From positions 267,158,001 through 267,222,000 of the forward strand of contig OZ024742.1 in NCBI GenBank assembly GCA_964016885.1: a DNA stretch of 64,000 bases. Reading direction: 5' to 3'. A program made the position numbers and the translations under genes. The stretch comes from Eledone cirrhosa. Taxonomy: Eukaryota. This document shows positions 13,622-25,414 of this stretch, one piece after another; the stretch's first letter is position 1, and the number at the start of each line of letters is the position of its first letter. Under the pieces are notes generated by a model. The model was not told the origin of the DNA, did no database searches, and saw nothing but the letters and a program-made list of their open reading frames with translations.

Positions 13622-14285
13622 CTTAAAAATAATAAGAAAGCATGAATGGGAGAAAGTTTTCCTTCATCAGTTGACTACTGGGGGTCTTGGATATCACTAC
13701 GCAATAAAGACAAGATCCGCCCCCCTCCCCCTGTGCGTTCAATAACTAAGGTAAGTTATTGGGGGTAAAAAGGAGAGAGAGAAAGAAAATATAGGATAAC
13801 AGAAGGGAAAAGCAAATAAAAGCGAAAAGAGAAAAACAGAGAAAAGAAACGGGAAACAACAAACTTAAGAGTGTGTGAGCAACTCGAAGAATGAAAATTA
13901 AAGTCAACGACAATTACTGAACATAAATTCGAGTATGTGCGGACGAGAAAAAAGACAAGGCTGACTTCTGCAAGTGTGAGTGAGAAAAGAGACTGCTAGA
14001 GGGTCAGGCGAGGGAAAAAATGAGGTGGCTAGCAGAGAGAGGGTGAGTGAAAGAGAGAGGGAGAAATGGAGAGTAAGATGGAGGGGGAAGAGTAGATAGC
14101 AACAAAATAGGTAGGTAGAAAGAGAGAGAAGACAGGTCACAGCGAAATATGATAAAATATATGAAGAAGAGTAGTTGCTGGATAAGGTATACTTAAAAAT
14201 AAGAGGAAAGCATGAACGGGAAAAACTGTTCCTTTATCAGTTGTCTGCTAGGGATCTTGTATATTTCTACACATTAAAGACAACC
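13620..14285. repeat. Diverged direct repeat of about 95 bp (13620-13713 and 14190-14284) around a purine-rich spacer
   Basis: TACTTAAAAATAA..GAAAGCATGAA.GGG...TCAGTTG...TAAAGACAA occurs twice. Confidence 0.6.
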
Positions 14286-14689
14286 GTCTCCTGTTCATGC
14301 TTTCTTCTGACGCCAGCAGATAGAGTTGTGGGAACTAATGCATTAATCTGGGACGAGAGTATCTAATTCTCTCCCAACACGAAATCGCTTTTCTCACTAT
14401 TCAATGTGCTCACTCTGCTTGCCTTTTGGTTAGTATCTTAACGATACTGGCTTAATTAAAGTATTGAGTGTATGGGAAAACGATCGAAGATTTTTCGGTC
14501 CTATACGATGACTTCGTCACAGATTTATATAAGAACTTATATAAGATTGATATTACTACGTATAAATAGTTTATTTTAAAAGAACTAGATAAAAATTACA
14601 AAAACAAAACATATTAATACACTTAAGGATATTAATAAATTAGGAAATTGTATTGTTGCAGATTTAGATAATGATAAATATATTAGCCC

Positions 14690-17600
14690 TTACAAACCAA
14701 TGCCCTCAATATTTGCTCTTAAGGATACTAATGCGTGTGCAACGGTTTCCTCGTCGCACACGCATCTGGGACAGATCTTTTTGGCGGGGTCCCTACCCGG
14801 GCGCCCGTGTCTGTAGAGCCTTTCTCGAACGGGTAAAGCCCCTCGGTAGCACTGCCAGGCCAGGGACTTCTGGAAGTTGTCCATAGGTCCCGGGCTGAAT
14901 GTCCTACCGAACAGGCTGGCCAGTTCGTCCTCCTCCATGTCTAGGGCTTCTCCGAGGGCGTCGTCGCACCTGCTGCGTACCAGCCCTCTATAGAATGTTG
15001 CGGTGGAGTCTCCACTGACAACCGGATCCGCCTGCCAGAGGGCGGTGAGCGCCTGGGCACACTCAGTGTGCCAGGCGCCCAGTTTTCTCGGTCTTTGCTT
15101 GACCCAAGATTGCAGCTCGGTGAGTGAGACGAGTCTGGGAAAGGTTCGTCTCACAAACGAGGCCCACACCGGTTGTCCGGTGAGGAATACGTAGAGGTGC
15201 CGTAGCCTTAATGCGTGTTTACGCATCATTAGCCACGGCATCCCCAGCCCTCCTTTCGAAGGGTGTTGACAGCAGATGGATCTCCTCACCATAGGAGCCC
15301 GCCTCTTCCAAAGGAATTGGAAGAGCGCGCGCTCCATCTTGGTGAGGGTTTCCCTTGGGCAGGGCACTACGGTCAGGCGGTAGTAGATGACGGACGCTAT
15401 GTAGGTGTTCGCCACCTCCGCCCGACCTTTCAGGGATAGTTTGCAACTGGCCCACTTCTGGGTCAGTGCAAACACCCTGTTCGTAACCTCCGCCCAGTTT
15501 TTCTCCACCTGGAGGTCCGGTCCGAACCAGACCCCGAGCAACTTCACCGGGCCCTCCGTCCAGCGTCCGACGACGCTATCGGAGGGCATCGGTCTGCCCC
15601 TCCACGTGCCGAGTTGCAAACCGATCGACTTGTCCCGGTTCAGCTTAGCCCCTGTGAACTTTTCGTACTCCTCCAGTAAGGTGCCGACCGCCTCGATTTC
15701 GGAGGCCGTCGACACCATTACTGTCACGTCATCGGCGTAGGCCGACACCGCTTTCCGCAATCCCGGTTCCAAAGGGATGCCCTGCAACAACTCCAACTTC
15801 CGCAGTAGTGGCTCGAGAGTCAACACATACAGAAGGGAGGAGAGAGGGCACCCTTGTCGGATGGACCGCGCGACTTTGAACGGCTCCGAGAGGTAGCCGT
15901 TCACCTTGACCCTAGAGCAGATGCGGCTGCTGTGCATAGCAGTGATCCAGCCCCTGAAAACGGGTCCGAAGCCTGCCGCCGCTAGCACCGCATCCAGGTA
16001 ACCATGGTCGACCCTATCGAACGCCTTAGATTGATCCAAGTTGATCAGAGCCCCACCAAAGCCGGGTTCGTTCCCAACCCTCTCTATGATGTATCGCATG
16101 AGGTGGAGGTTGTCATGGATGGACCTGGACGGGATAGCGCATGTCTGCGCATCTCCCACCAGGTTGCCCACGACAAGCGCCAACCTCTTTGCTAGCACCT
16201 TGGCCAAAATCTGTAACTCTGTATTTAGCAGTGTTATGGGCCTGAAGTTACTTATTTCGTCCACCTTGTTCTCGTCCTTCCTCACTAGCGTGACTACGCC
16301 CTTGGTCACAGTACAGGGAATTCTCCCGTTCTGTTGCCAGTTGCAGTAGACCGCCTCGAGGAGATCGGGGAACAAGTCCGGCATAGCTAGATATAATTCG
16401 TAAGGAAGACCATCGAGACCCGGGGATTTGCGTTTGCCGCATTGGCTCAGCACGTCCTCTATCTCAGCGGCCGAAATCGGCTCCTCGCAGGACTTCGCCT
16501 CCCTGTCCGAGAGGCGCGGCAGGCCGTCGAGGTATGGACCGAAGTCCACGTTCCCAACCGGCTCCCCGCCCCTCCCGAACAGTCGGGCAAAGTGCCTTTG
16601 AAAGGCCTCACACATCTGCTTAGGCTCAAGAATCGCCCGTCCATCCAGGTCTCGCAAAGACCGGATGGTGGATTTAGTTCCACTGTTGGCCTCTGTCACG
16701 CGGGCCCAGCTAACAGCTTTGGTCCCCTCGTTCCCCAGAGCACGTATTTTACTTCGGACAACGCAGCCTTCGTGCTTCGCGTCGAAAAACTGGCTCAAAG
16801 CCGTTCTCGACGCTAGCACTCTGGCCACGTCGCCGCTTCTAATTGCCTCTTCTACTCTATCTATTAGCTCCCTTTCCTTCCTATTCCTATCCGCAGCTAG
16901 AACCTTACTAAATTCTATCGAGACTACTCTAATCTCTCTCTTTAGAGATACCCACCACCTGCTGTTGACGATCGCTCCAGTCAACCGTTCCTTAACTAAC
17001 GTACTAATCCGATTCCTGTAGGCTCTACTTGCCGGCAAGGACAAGTTGAGCTTCCAGTAACCGGGGCCCTGTCTATGAGTTATGTCAAGGTTGACCATGC
17101 AGGTCACTAATTTGTGGTCTGAATAGCCAACCATGCGCATTTTTGGACAACTTAAAAAGTCCTTATCCTTAATTCTAACTAAGAACCTATCTAGGTACGA
17201 CCTAGATGATCCGCTACGATTTGCCCAAGTCCAGGTTGGCGCAGTCGGAAAATCTAGTCGATATCTATCGGCCAGGTCAAATCGACCGATTAACCCTTTG
17301 AGGCTATTACACCCCTCTCTATCGGGGCAGGCCCCTACGTAGTCCCAGCGTGCATCTAGGATACCATTCCAGTCCCCCACTAATAGCAAGGAGCGGGACG
17401 TCCCTAGAAAAGTCTCCAGACGATGGAAGAAGTCCGGCCGCATTGACCCGAAAGGGCCGTAGGCGGCTACCAACCTAAACGCTCCGCCTTTACCACTGCC
17501 AAGGTCCAGAACCACTAGTCGACCCTCCGGGTCCAAATGTACCATCTGTGTTGCGAGACCCAGATGTTTTTGCAGCAGAACGACAACTCCACTCCCACCT

Positions 17601-17794
17601 CCGGGCTGACAGAGAGATGCGTGCATCTCAAAGTCATCAAAGGTGGGGGACAGCTGTCGCACGTTGCTGATCCGGGCCTCGCAAATAACCATCACATCTA
17701 TACGTTGTGACCTGAGGTCATTTAGAAGCATTGCTTGCTTCCAAGTTGAGCCCAGGCCACGCGCATTTAAACAGCCTACTCTTAGCATAGCCAT
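14690..17794 (-). CDS. LINE ORF2: APE endonuclease plus reverse transcriptase (C-terminus lost after EETVAHAL)
   Basis: LNARGL, GDWN, SYLDRF, SDH (APE); KSPGLDGL, FRPITLLN, LDQSKAFDRV, RQGCPLS, YADD (RT); CPRC. Confidence 0.95.
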   Translation of the reverse strand: MAMLRVGCLNARGLGSTWKQAMLLNDLRSQRIDVMVICEARISNVRQLSPTFDDFEMHASLCQPGGGSGVVVLLQKHLGLATQMVHLDPEGRLVVLDLGSGKGGAFRLVAAYGPFGSMRPDFFHRLETFLGTSRSLLLVGDWNGILDARWDYVGACPDREGCNSLKGLIGRFDLADRYRLDFPTAPTWTWANRSGSSRSYLDRFLVRIKDKDFLSCPKMRMVGYSDHKLVTCMVNLDITHRQGPGYWKLNLSLPASRAYRNRISTLVKERLTGAIVNSRWWVSLKREIRVVSIEFSKVLAADRNRKERELIDRVEEAIRSGDVARVLASRTALSQFFDAKHEGCVVRSKIRALGNEGTKAVSWARVTEANSGTKSTIRSLRDLDGRAILEPKQMCEAFQRHFARLFGRGGEPVGNVDFGPYLDGLPRLSDREAKSCEEPISAAEIEDVLSQCGKRKSPGLDGLPYELYLAMPDLFPDLLEAVYCNWQQNGRIPCTVTKGVVTLVRKDENKVDEISNFRPITLLNTELQILAKVLAKRLALVVGNLVGDAQTCAIPSRSIHDNLHLMRYIIERVGNEPGFGGALINLDQSKAFDRVDHGYLDAVLAAAGFGPVFRGWITAMHSSRICSRVKVNGYLSEPFKVARSIRQGCPLSSLLYVLTLEPLLRKLELLQGIPLEPGLRKAVSAYADDVTVMVSTASEIEAVGTLLEEYEKFTGAKLNRDKSIGLQLGTWRGRPMPSDSVVGRWTEGPVKLLGVWFGPDLQVEKNWAEVTNRVFALTQKWASCKLSLKGRAEVANTYIASVIYYRLTVVPCPRETLTKMERALFQFLWKRRAPMVRRSICCQHPSKGGLGMPWLMMRKHALRLRHLYVFLTGQPVWASFVRRTFPRLVSLTELQSWVKQRPRKLGAWHTECAQALTALWQADPVVSGDSTATFYRGLVRSRCDDALGEALDMEEDELASLFGRTFSPGPMDNFQKSLAWQCYRGALPVRERLYRHGRPGRDPAKKICPRCVCDEETVAHALVSLRANIEGIGL

Positions 17795-19588
17795 GTTGGT
17801 GGTGAAGAGAAAAGGCACTTACCTCTCTGCGTCCCGGGTATCGGGCTGCACAATTTCCATTAGGGTGGGGGATTCGTTGTTGGGTGGGGTGGTGGTTTGT
17901 GGAAGTGTGGGGGCATCAGTGTGTTGTGTGGTTGGGGAGCTTGGAGTTGTGAGGGTGTTTGGGGAGGGGGTGGGATAGTTTTTTAGGAGGACGCGGTTAA
18001 TGGGCCCGACGCAGGGGGGACCCACGTCCTCTTTAAAATTGTTTTTTAAAGTTTTATAGGTGTCCTGTGGGGCCTTAATCATTTTGAGGTGGGGGAAATC
18101 CCCTGCCTGGGTGAAGTTAGGCCCTTGTGTTTTTATTAGATTGTTGTTGTACACAATGTTTAACAGTTTTTTGTTTCTTGTATTTATGTATGTGTATGCA
18201 TGTTTTTGTTTTTGTGTGGTGTTTTTTGTTTGCTGTTGTGAGCTCTTTTGTGTTGGTGTCAGTGTTATGTTTTGGGGAGGGTTTTTTTTCATTTGTGTGT
18301 CTGAGGTGTGTTTTCTTTTTTTTCTTTTGATTGTGTGGAAGTGCTCCTCCTCGTCTGACGACGAACTAGGGTCATCTTCCGCGTTGGAGGGGAGGGGTAT
18401 ATTTTCGGGTTGTGTTTGCGGTACGGGTGTTTTGGAAATTGTTTTTGTTTTTTGAGTGGAGGGGATGGGTTGGACATTGTTTTGTTTTGGTTTGAGCTGT
18501 GGTGGTTGTTTTTGTAGTGGTAGTTGTGGTGATTGTGTTGGTTGTGCAGTTGTTGGTGGTGTAGGCAGGATTGGGGTTTTCTTATTAAGTTGGGGACAGA
18601 CATCCCTCAGGTGACCTCTGGTTCCGCAGAGGTAACACGAGGGCCGTCTACCCTCAACGGTAATGTTGATGAAGGTTAGATCATCCAGTATGACGCGTTC
18701 AGGGATCTGGGCGATCCTTTCGGGCCTCATTTGAACTACAAGTTCGAGGCTCGTTCCACTGAACGCGTCACCCGATGCCTTTCCCATGGACACCAGCATG
18801 TCATCCTCCAGGTCCAGAAAACCTGTCAAAACCCACCATATGTCCATAATCGGCAGGATGGTGTGGATTTTTATTTTTTGTGTTCTTCTACCCATGTACG
18901 TAGGGTAGAAGGTGTATGCGGTGGATGTGATTGGTTTGATGGACAGTTTCACTGCTGTGTCCCTGTCCTTCATGAGAATGGATAGACTCCCGTAGAGTCT
19001 ATCCTTCTGAATGAAGGTGATGTCCTTCATGACGTCTTTTAAAACCAGCTCTATCTCGCTCTGTGATGGTTGAGCTGGTTTTTTACTTTTGTTCGAGATT
19101 GTCCTAAACATGACCGTGTTTAGGAGTCTCTGGCTTTTTAGTTCCGGGGGGGAATGGATTGTGAATGAACCATTTTCCCCGTACACTATATATTTTTTCG
19201 CATCCGCCAGTAGCTCCTTCGCTTTTGTTATATCTACTGGCAGATAGTCGAGGGTTTTCCTTGTCGTCTCGGCGAAGGAGAAATTTTGTTTGTTTGTGTT
19301 GTTGTTGTCGTTGGTGGTGTTGTTGTTATCATTGTTGTTGTTGTCACCGTTATTGGTCTTGTTGTTGTTATTGTTATTGTTATTGGTGTTGTTTTCGTCC
19401 GTCGCATTGTTGTTGTTGTTGCTGTTGCTGCTGGTTCTTTGGGTTGTTTCCATGGCAACGTCAAGTTGTCGGTTAACAGGTGGAGAGAATTCTTCCTCTG
19501 GCTGACCTATCTTCTTGACCTCTGCTACTGTGACAGTGGCAGGGGGAAGCTGTAAGTTCATCTTCCCCTTTCCTCCTTCGAATTTTAG
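14730..19588 (-). mobile_element. Near full-length Tx1/L1-clade non-LTR retrotransposon
   Basis: Two long open ORFs, GC-rich relative to flanks, 5' end abuts (TATC)n. Confidence 0.95.
17819..19561 (-). CDS. LINE ORF1, gag-like protein with one CCHC zinc knuckle
   Basis: 580-aa ORF from ATG 19561; CYLCGTRGHLRDVC; poly-Asn N-terminal tract; basic KRKKRK. Confidence 0.9.
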   Translation of the reverse strand: MNLQLPPATVTVAEVKKIGQPEEEFSPPVNRQLDVAMETTQRTSSNSNNNNNATDENNTNNNNNNNNKTNNGDNNNNDNNNTTNDNNNTNKQNFSFAETTRKTLDYLPVDITKAKELLADAKKYIVYGENGSFTIHSPPELKSQRLLNTVMFRTISNKSKKPAQPSQSEIELVLKDVMKDITFIQKDRLYGSLSILMKDRDTAVKLSIKPITSTAYTFYPTYMGRRTQKIKIHTILPIMDIWWVLTGFLDLEDDMLVSMGKASGDAFSGTSLELVVQMRPERIAQIPERVILDDLTFINITVEGRRPSCYLCGTRGHLRDVCPQLNKKTPILPTPPTTAQPTQSPQLPLQKQPPQLKPKQNNVQPIPSTQKTKTISKTPVPQTQPENIPLPSNAEDDPSSSSDEEEHFHTIKRKKRKHTSDTQMKKNPPQNITLTPTQKSSQQQTKNTTQKQKHAYTYINTRNKKLLNIVYNNNLIKTQGPNFTQAGDFPHLKMIKAPQDTYKTLKNNFKEDVGPPCVGPINRVLLKNYPTPSPNTLTTPSSPTTQHTDAPTLPQTTTPPNNESPTLMEIVQPDTRDAER

Positions 19589-19743
19589 ATAGATAGATAG
19601 ATAAATATACACGGGTGTGTATGATTGTGTATAGAAGATTATATTTATTGTCTGATTTACTTGTTTTATTTACAATCCTTTAAAATGTATAATGGTATTA
19701 GAATGAAATAGTATGGTAGAATATTAAATGTCAAGTGTTAATT

Positions 19744-19780
19744 GAACAAGTACTTTCATGCTTTCGCAATCTTCAGGTTC
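19744..19780 (-). ncRNA. 37-nt minimal type I hammerhead, family E
   Basis: GAAC-CTGAAGA-T-TGC GAAA GCA-T-GAAA-GTAC (palindrome)-TT-GTTC. Confidence 0.75.
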
Positions 19781-19813
19781 ATAATGTATGGTGGCAGTCA
19801 AGTTTGCAATTTT

Positions 19814-19974
<161 letters not shown>

Positions 19975-21640
19975 TATGTGGGTATGACACAAGACAAATT
20001 CAAAACGCGTTATTACTCACATGTCCCATATTTCCGACATACATAAAAAAGATTTACAACAGCTCTGGCTAGCAGAATATGGGATTTGAAAGACCAAGGT
20101 ATCCAATATAAATTGGATTGGTCAATTTTGAACCAATCTAAAGAATATGCAAGAGGAACAAGACGATGCACACTCTGCATAAGCGAAAAATATTGGATTT
20201 TACAGAACCGTAAAATCATCAAAAATCTGCCTAAATACAAAAACAGAAATTTTCACCAGTGGCCCACACATGAAATCACACTTGCTTTCCAGCTCATATA
20301 AACTTAACTCACTTTCAGATACTTATCCTCCAGAAACTCCTGTTCTTCACTTTCCTTAAATTATTCTCTTTTCAGACTTTTCTTTCTGATTTACTTTCAT
20401 TTTTAACTTTATTTTCATTTTTATTTTTATTTTCACTTCACATCCACCAGTGATCCCACCTACTTTTTGATTCACTTACCTAATATCTTCACATTCCACA
20501 TTTTACTTCCCCATTTTCTTTCACTACCTGATATTACTTGTCACTTGCGTTTTCAACTCCAGATATATTCTGTTGTTTCGCAACCGCTTTTATATTTGTA
20601 TTTCTTTTTTTCATATGGCTGGTTTCTAATTTGTATCTGCGTGTGAGTGTGCATGCGCCTCCGTATGTGTGCGTGTGTGTGTCTATATGTGTCAGCATGT
20701 GTGTTTTTATATCTATATTTATACGAGTGTATGTATGTGGGTGAATGTATGTGTATAAGTATGTGTATATATATATGTATATGTATATGTATGTATGTGT
20801 GTATGCATATATGTATATATATAGTCGCGTACGTACGTGTGATTAGATATACGTGTGCTGATATATATATATATACGTGCTTCGTGTGTATGTATGTACG
20901 TATGCATGCGCTTTTGCCTGTACGTATTCATATATATATATTTTTATATGTATATGTGCGTACGTGCGAACCTATGTTTGTTTTCTTTTTCTCTAGTGTT
21001 AATTTATAATTGATAACCCCTCCCTCTTACTTTCTCTTTGATTTAAACAACATTTTTTTCTTTCTCATATATTGTTTCATTTTTATATGTATCGAATATG
21101 ATACTCTTTTTGACTAATACACTCCCTTCCCTTTTTATCTTCCGCATATAAATGATCGCGCATGTGTGTGTGTTTATACGCGTGCTTTCATACTTGTATG
21201 TGTATATATTTAATACCTAAATCTGGATGTACATTATCTTACAATTTCTTTTTCAACTTATATTATATACGTATTTGTGGTCACACATACACTATTATGC
21301 TTGCCCTCATATATGTACTTACGCACACATTTTCACTATACACATGCATTTGTACATACACACATATGTACATTTGTGAATGAATATATACACATTTATA
21401 CACATAGCCTAACTATATTTCCTTATTTTTATATATCTCTTGCTTTATTTTTCTTGCCCATTAAACTCTTGCCTTTCTTGAGGAGATTTTTCAAATATTT
21501 CACTATGTTTTAAATTGCCTTGTTCGATGAACGAATGAGGACGTTTTTCGTATTCGTCTTATTCGCGAAACCTCTGGTAATGAGGTCATTGTATTGTATC
21601 GTTTATTATACATTAAATTTAGCTCTGGTACTTATATAGA
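19975..21640 (+). mobile_element. Penelope-like remnant (GIY-YIG end plus long 3' UTR)
   Basis: [16 protein letters not shown] and LDWSIL...YARGTRRCTLCISEKYWIL; degenerate hammerhead at the 3' end. Confidence 0.75.
21518..21585 (+). ncRNA. Degenerate hammerhead, family F
   Basis: CCTTGT-TCGATGA-A-CGAATGAGGACG...CGTCTTATTCG-C-GAAA-CC TCT GG-TA-ATGAGG. Confidence 0.55.
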
Positions 21641-21688
21641 CCACTCTTCACTCCTATGACTTTTTCAATCTTCAACGGACACTTCAAT

Positions 21689-21762
<74 letters not shown>

Positions 21763-21829
21763 CAAGGTATAGTAAATAAGAAAGTGTTTCAAAATAAATT
21801 TCAAAAAGTTCACTGTACTTACTATGGTT

Positions 21830-21916
21830 ACCTTTACCGAAACGGTTTCGAGTCTCAAAAATAAATGGATGGTCCTTGCGGGCCTCCATTGAAAATATAA
21901 ACTCTCGTCAGAAGGT
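21830..21916 (-). ncRNA. Type I hammerhead, family G (long stem II insert)
   Basis: ACCTT-CTGACGA-GAGTTT...AGACTC-GAAA-CCG TTT CGG-TA-AAGGT. Confidence 0.8.
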
Positions 21917-22269
21917 TCTTTTCACTCGGAGAATATAAAATTCCCGAGTTCGAAATACGAACTGGCGCTATTCAAAATTGTTCCCGAGATGAGAATGAAT
22001 AATGTGGAAGCAATTCTGTCCACTGCCGTGTGCAAAGATATAAGGGAGAGACAGGGAGGTCAATCTACTACCACTATAAATAGCAGTAGTCAAAACGCCC
22101 AATAGTAAGTACAGTGGATTTTTTGACCTCCCTGCCTCTGCCTTCTATCTTTGCACACGGCACTGGACATAATTGTTTCCACATCATTCATTCTCATCTC
22201 GGGAACAATTTTGAATAGCGCCAGTTCGTAATTCGAACTCGGGAATTTTATATTCTCCGAGTGAAAAGA

Positions 22270-22356
22270 ACCTTCTGACGAGAGTTTATCTTTTCAATGG
22301 AGGCCCGCAAGGACCATCCATTTATTTTTGAGACTCGAAACAGATTCGGTAAAGGT
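22270..22356 (+). ncRNA. Type I hammerhead, family G, right arm
   Basis: Same motif with one stem III mismatch (CAG ATT CGG). Confidence 0.7.
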
Positions 22357-22850
22357 AACCATAGTAAGTACAGTGAATTTTTTGAAATTTATTTTGAAAC
22401 TTTTTCTTATTTGCTAAACCTTGATTATATATGTTCTAGCTCGTTAATTTATTAACCTGCCATTGAACCACATTGGCATATGGTTGGATAATACATGTGT
22501 CCATATACGTTTTTTGCGTGTAGGGCTATATACTTTATTATTATTAATCTCCCCCTGGTCGAGATAAAATTTGGTCGTTTTGACTACTGCTATTTATAGT
22601 GGTAGAAGATTGACCTCCCTGCCTCTGCCTTCTATCTTTGCACACGGCACTGGACAGAATTGCTTCCACGTCATTCGTTCTCATCTCGGGAACAATTTTG
22701 AATAGCGCCAGTTCGTATATGTATATATATATATATATATATAAATATATATATATATGTCTGTGTGTGTGTGTGTGCGAAGTCGAAAATTGTTCCAAAT
22801 AAAATGAATCTCTCTCTCTCTTTCACTATGTGTGTATATATATATATATA

Positions 22851-22921
<71 letters not shown>

Positions 22922-23424
22922 TATATACTTACAGATAGATGTGTGCATACGTGTGTGTTCGGATATCTCCTTGTCTATGTGTATGTTTTGTCTCTATATG
23001 TCTCTATGTGTGTTTCCTTTAATAAATAGATGACTAAACATTCTAATCAACAGAGTACATTTTTCCAAATTCTTGAAACGTTATAATATAGCTTCATTGC
23101 CATTCTTTATGTTCCCCTCCGGTATATCTTAATGCAGACATAAACAAAACATACTTTATAAATATGGCAAAATGCTATCGCCATACACAACTCCTCACAT
23201 TAATTCTGCAGGGACCAATACTTTCAGTATGCGTGTGCTTATATAAATGCGTATAAGTACGTATTTACATATACAGACACAAATTCACAAACAAACACAC
23301 GTATAAAGTTATATATATAGTATAAATATATATATAAATGTGTGTATGCGTATGTATTTGTATGTATTTACATCTATGTATGATATCTGTGTGTGTATAT
23401 GTCTATACACTCACACACACACAC

Positions 23425-23554
<130 letters not shown>

Positions 23555-24117
23555 GTATGCGTGTGTGCATATGTGTACATCTGAGTGTCTGTTATTTTCA
23601 TTATATGATTTATAGTGTCAAAGTGAAAGGAACATGAGGCTTCGAGAAGGTAAGCAAACCTGCATTATTTATATTGTAAAACTTCATTGAGGTAACATTT
23701 CTTGCAGTCACTAGTAACCATTCGGAATGTTAATATTTTCAAAACGTTTATGTTGCTTCTTTGCTTCACTATTCGTATATAAATGATGATTCCTTCAAAC
23801 TGTCAGATGGTAGCTGTCTCAATTTTTGTCCACCCGTAACACTATGTTGACTGTGAGAAGCCCACTTTCTGTGATGAAATTTAGAGATGGCTAGGTAAGA
23901 CATCTGCACATGTTTGGATGGTAGTATCATTCATTTGCACATTATGCATACCACCCACTAAATATTAATGATTAAATATCCAATTAAATCCTATGGAAAG
24001 GTGACTGGTATTTGTTTTATAACAGTTATTTCTACAAGACTCCTCCAATACATATATACATACATAAATTCATACATACATTCATTCATACATACATACA
24101 TACATACATACACATAC

Positions 24118-25390
24118 ATTGCCCACAATACTTATGCCGTGCCAATTGTAACGCCAACATTTGGCCTGCTGAACTGGTCATTGCAAGAACTAAGTGAGAT
24201 GGATGTTAGAACTTGCAAACTTCTGTGTTACTGGGAATTTTAACATCAATGGTGATGTGGATAGTCTATACTTCTCACGCAAGGAAGGTGGCCGGGGTCT
24301 AAAATCCATATTAACATCATATGAGACCCGGATAGTAACACTGAAGCAACACCTTCAACAGAGGAAAAAGGTTGGCAACGATCTTGCCCAGGTTTATGAG
24401 CATGAAAAAAAAAATATCAATAGAATAGCGACTGATCTGGAGGAGAGATATGGAATAAAGCCTGATATAAATCTCTCACCCAGAGAAATCGGAAGATTCT
24501 ATTCAATGTTCAAACAAGATGAACAAATTGACCAATTTACAGAAAAAGTTGTGCATGGATACTTGAGACGTAAAACACAGACCATACAGGGAATGAACCA
24601 CCTCAAAAAGCCTGGCATGGAGTTCCGACAAGTTTATGACATCACACCTTGAGGGATATCTCTCTATGCAATACAGGAAAAAGAACTCCCTACCAAATAT
24701 CTGCTGCACAAAAGGGGAGGGCCAGCAGCTGACAATAAATGTAGGCTATGTAAAACAAAGATCGAGGATGTAAGCCACATTTTTGCCAGCTGCGAAAGAT
24801 TGTCATCTCGCTACTACCTCCCTATGAGACACGATGGGATAGCTAGAACCATCTGGAACGCACTTAGGAAAACAAAATTAACAACAAACGAAGAAGAATA
24901 TATTGAGACAGATGGCACTAAGGAATACTGGTGGAACCTGAAAATAAAAACTGCCACCAGATTAAAGCACAACCGGCCTGATATTGTAGTTTGGGACCAC
25001 ACATTGAAAACGTGTTTTGTTGTGGAGATCAGCTGCCCACTTGATGTACACGTTGTCAGAAAAATACAGGAGAAGGAGGACATCTACGGACCATTGATGA
25101 GGAGCTTACAAATCCAGTATCCAAGATACAGCTTAAGCTTCATACCCATCATTATTGGAGCTACGGGTTATATACCAACCCGCTCGGACCAAAGTATGAC
25201 TGAACTTGGATTTGCGGACAAAGAGCGCAGCTCCCTAATTCATAGTCTACAAATGGCTGCGATAGCTGGCACCTTCAAAATTTGCAAAACATTCTTGCGA
25301 TTCAAGGGATGACAATTTCTTTCTTTTACAACCTTGCCATCAGGAAGGTGGCCGGTCAAAAAAATATACTCGAAATTAAGAGAAAGAGAT
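24118..25390 (+). mobile_element. 5'-truncated R4/Dong-like non-LTR retrotransposon with restriction-like endonuclease (frameshifted)
   Basis: NTYAVP, LYFSRKEGGRGL, CRLC...EDVSHIFASC, RHD, NRPDIVVWD...VEISCP; stop at 25312; flanked by (TACA)n on both sides. Confidence 0.85.
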
Positions 25391-25414
25391 AACATACATA
25401 CATACATTCATACA

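Larger units (their letters stand above)
21758..22716. mobile_element. Foldback hammerhead element, family G, plus a third partial arm copy (22575-22716)
   Basis: 21758-22063 inverted with 22122-22429; (TA)n at the outer ends. Confidence 0.85.

Noticed and set aside
13640-13680. CTGATGA on the minus strand in the 95-bp direct repeat
   Set aside because: No stem II before GAAA; the second copy reads CTGATAA/GAAC
23617-23650. Possible 34-nt micro-exon (TTATAG...AAG|GTAAGC)
   Set aside because: Splice-like words alone are expected by chance; no partner exons identified
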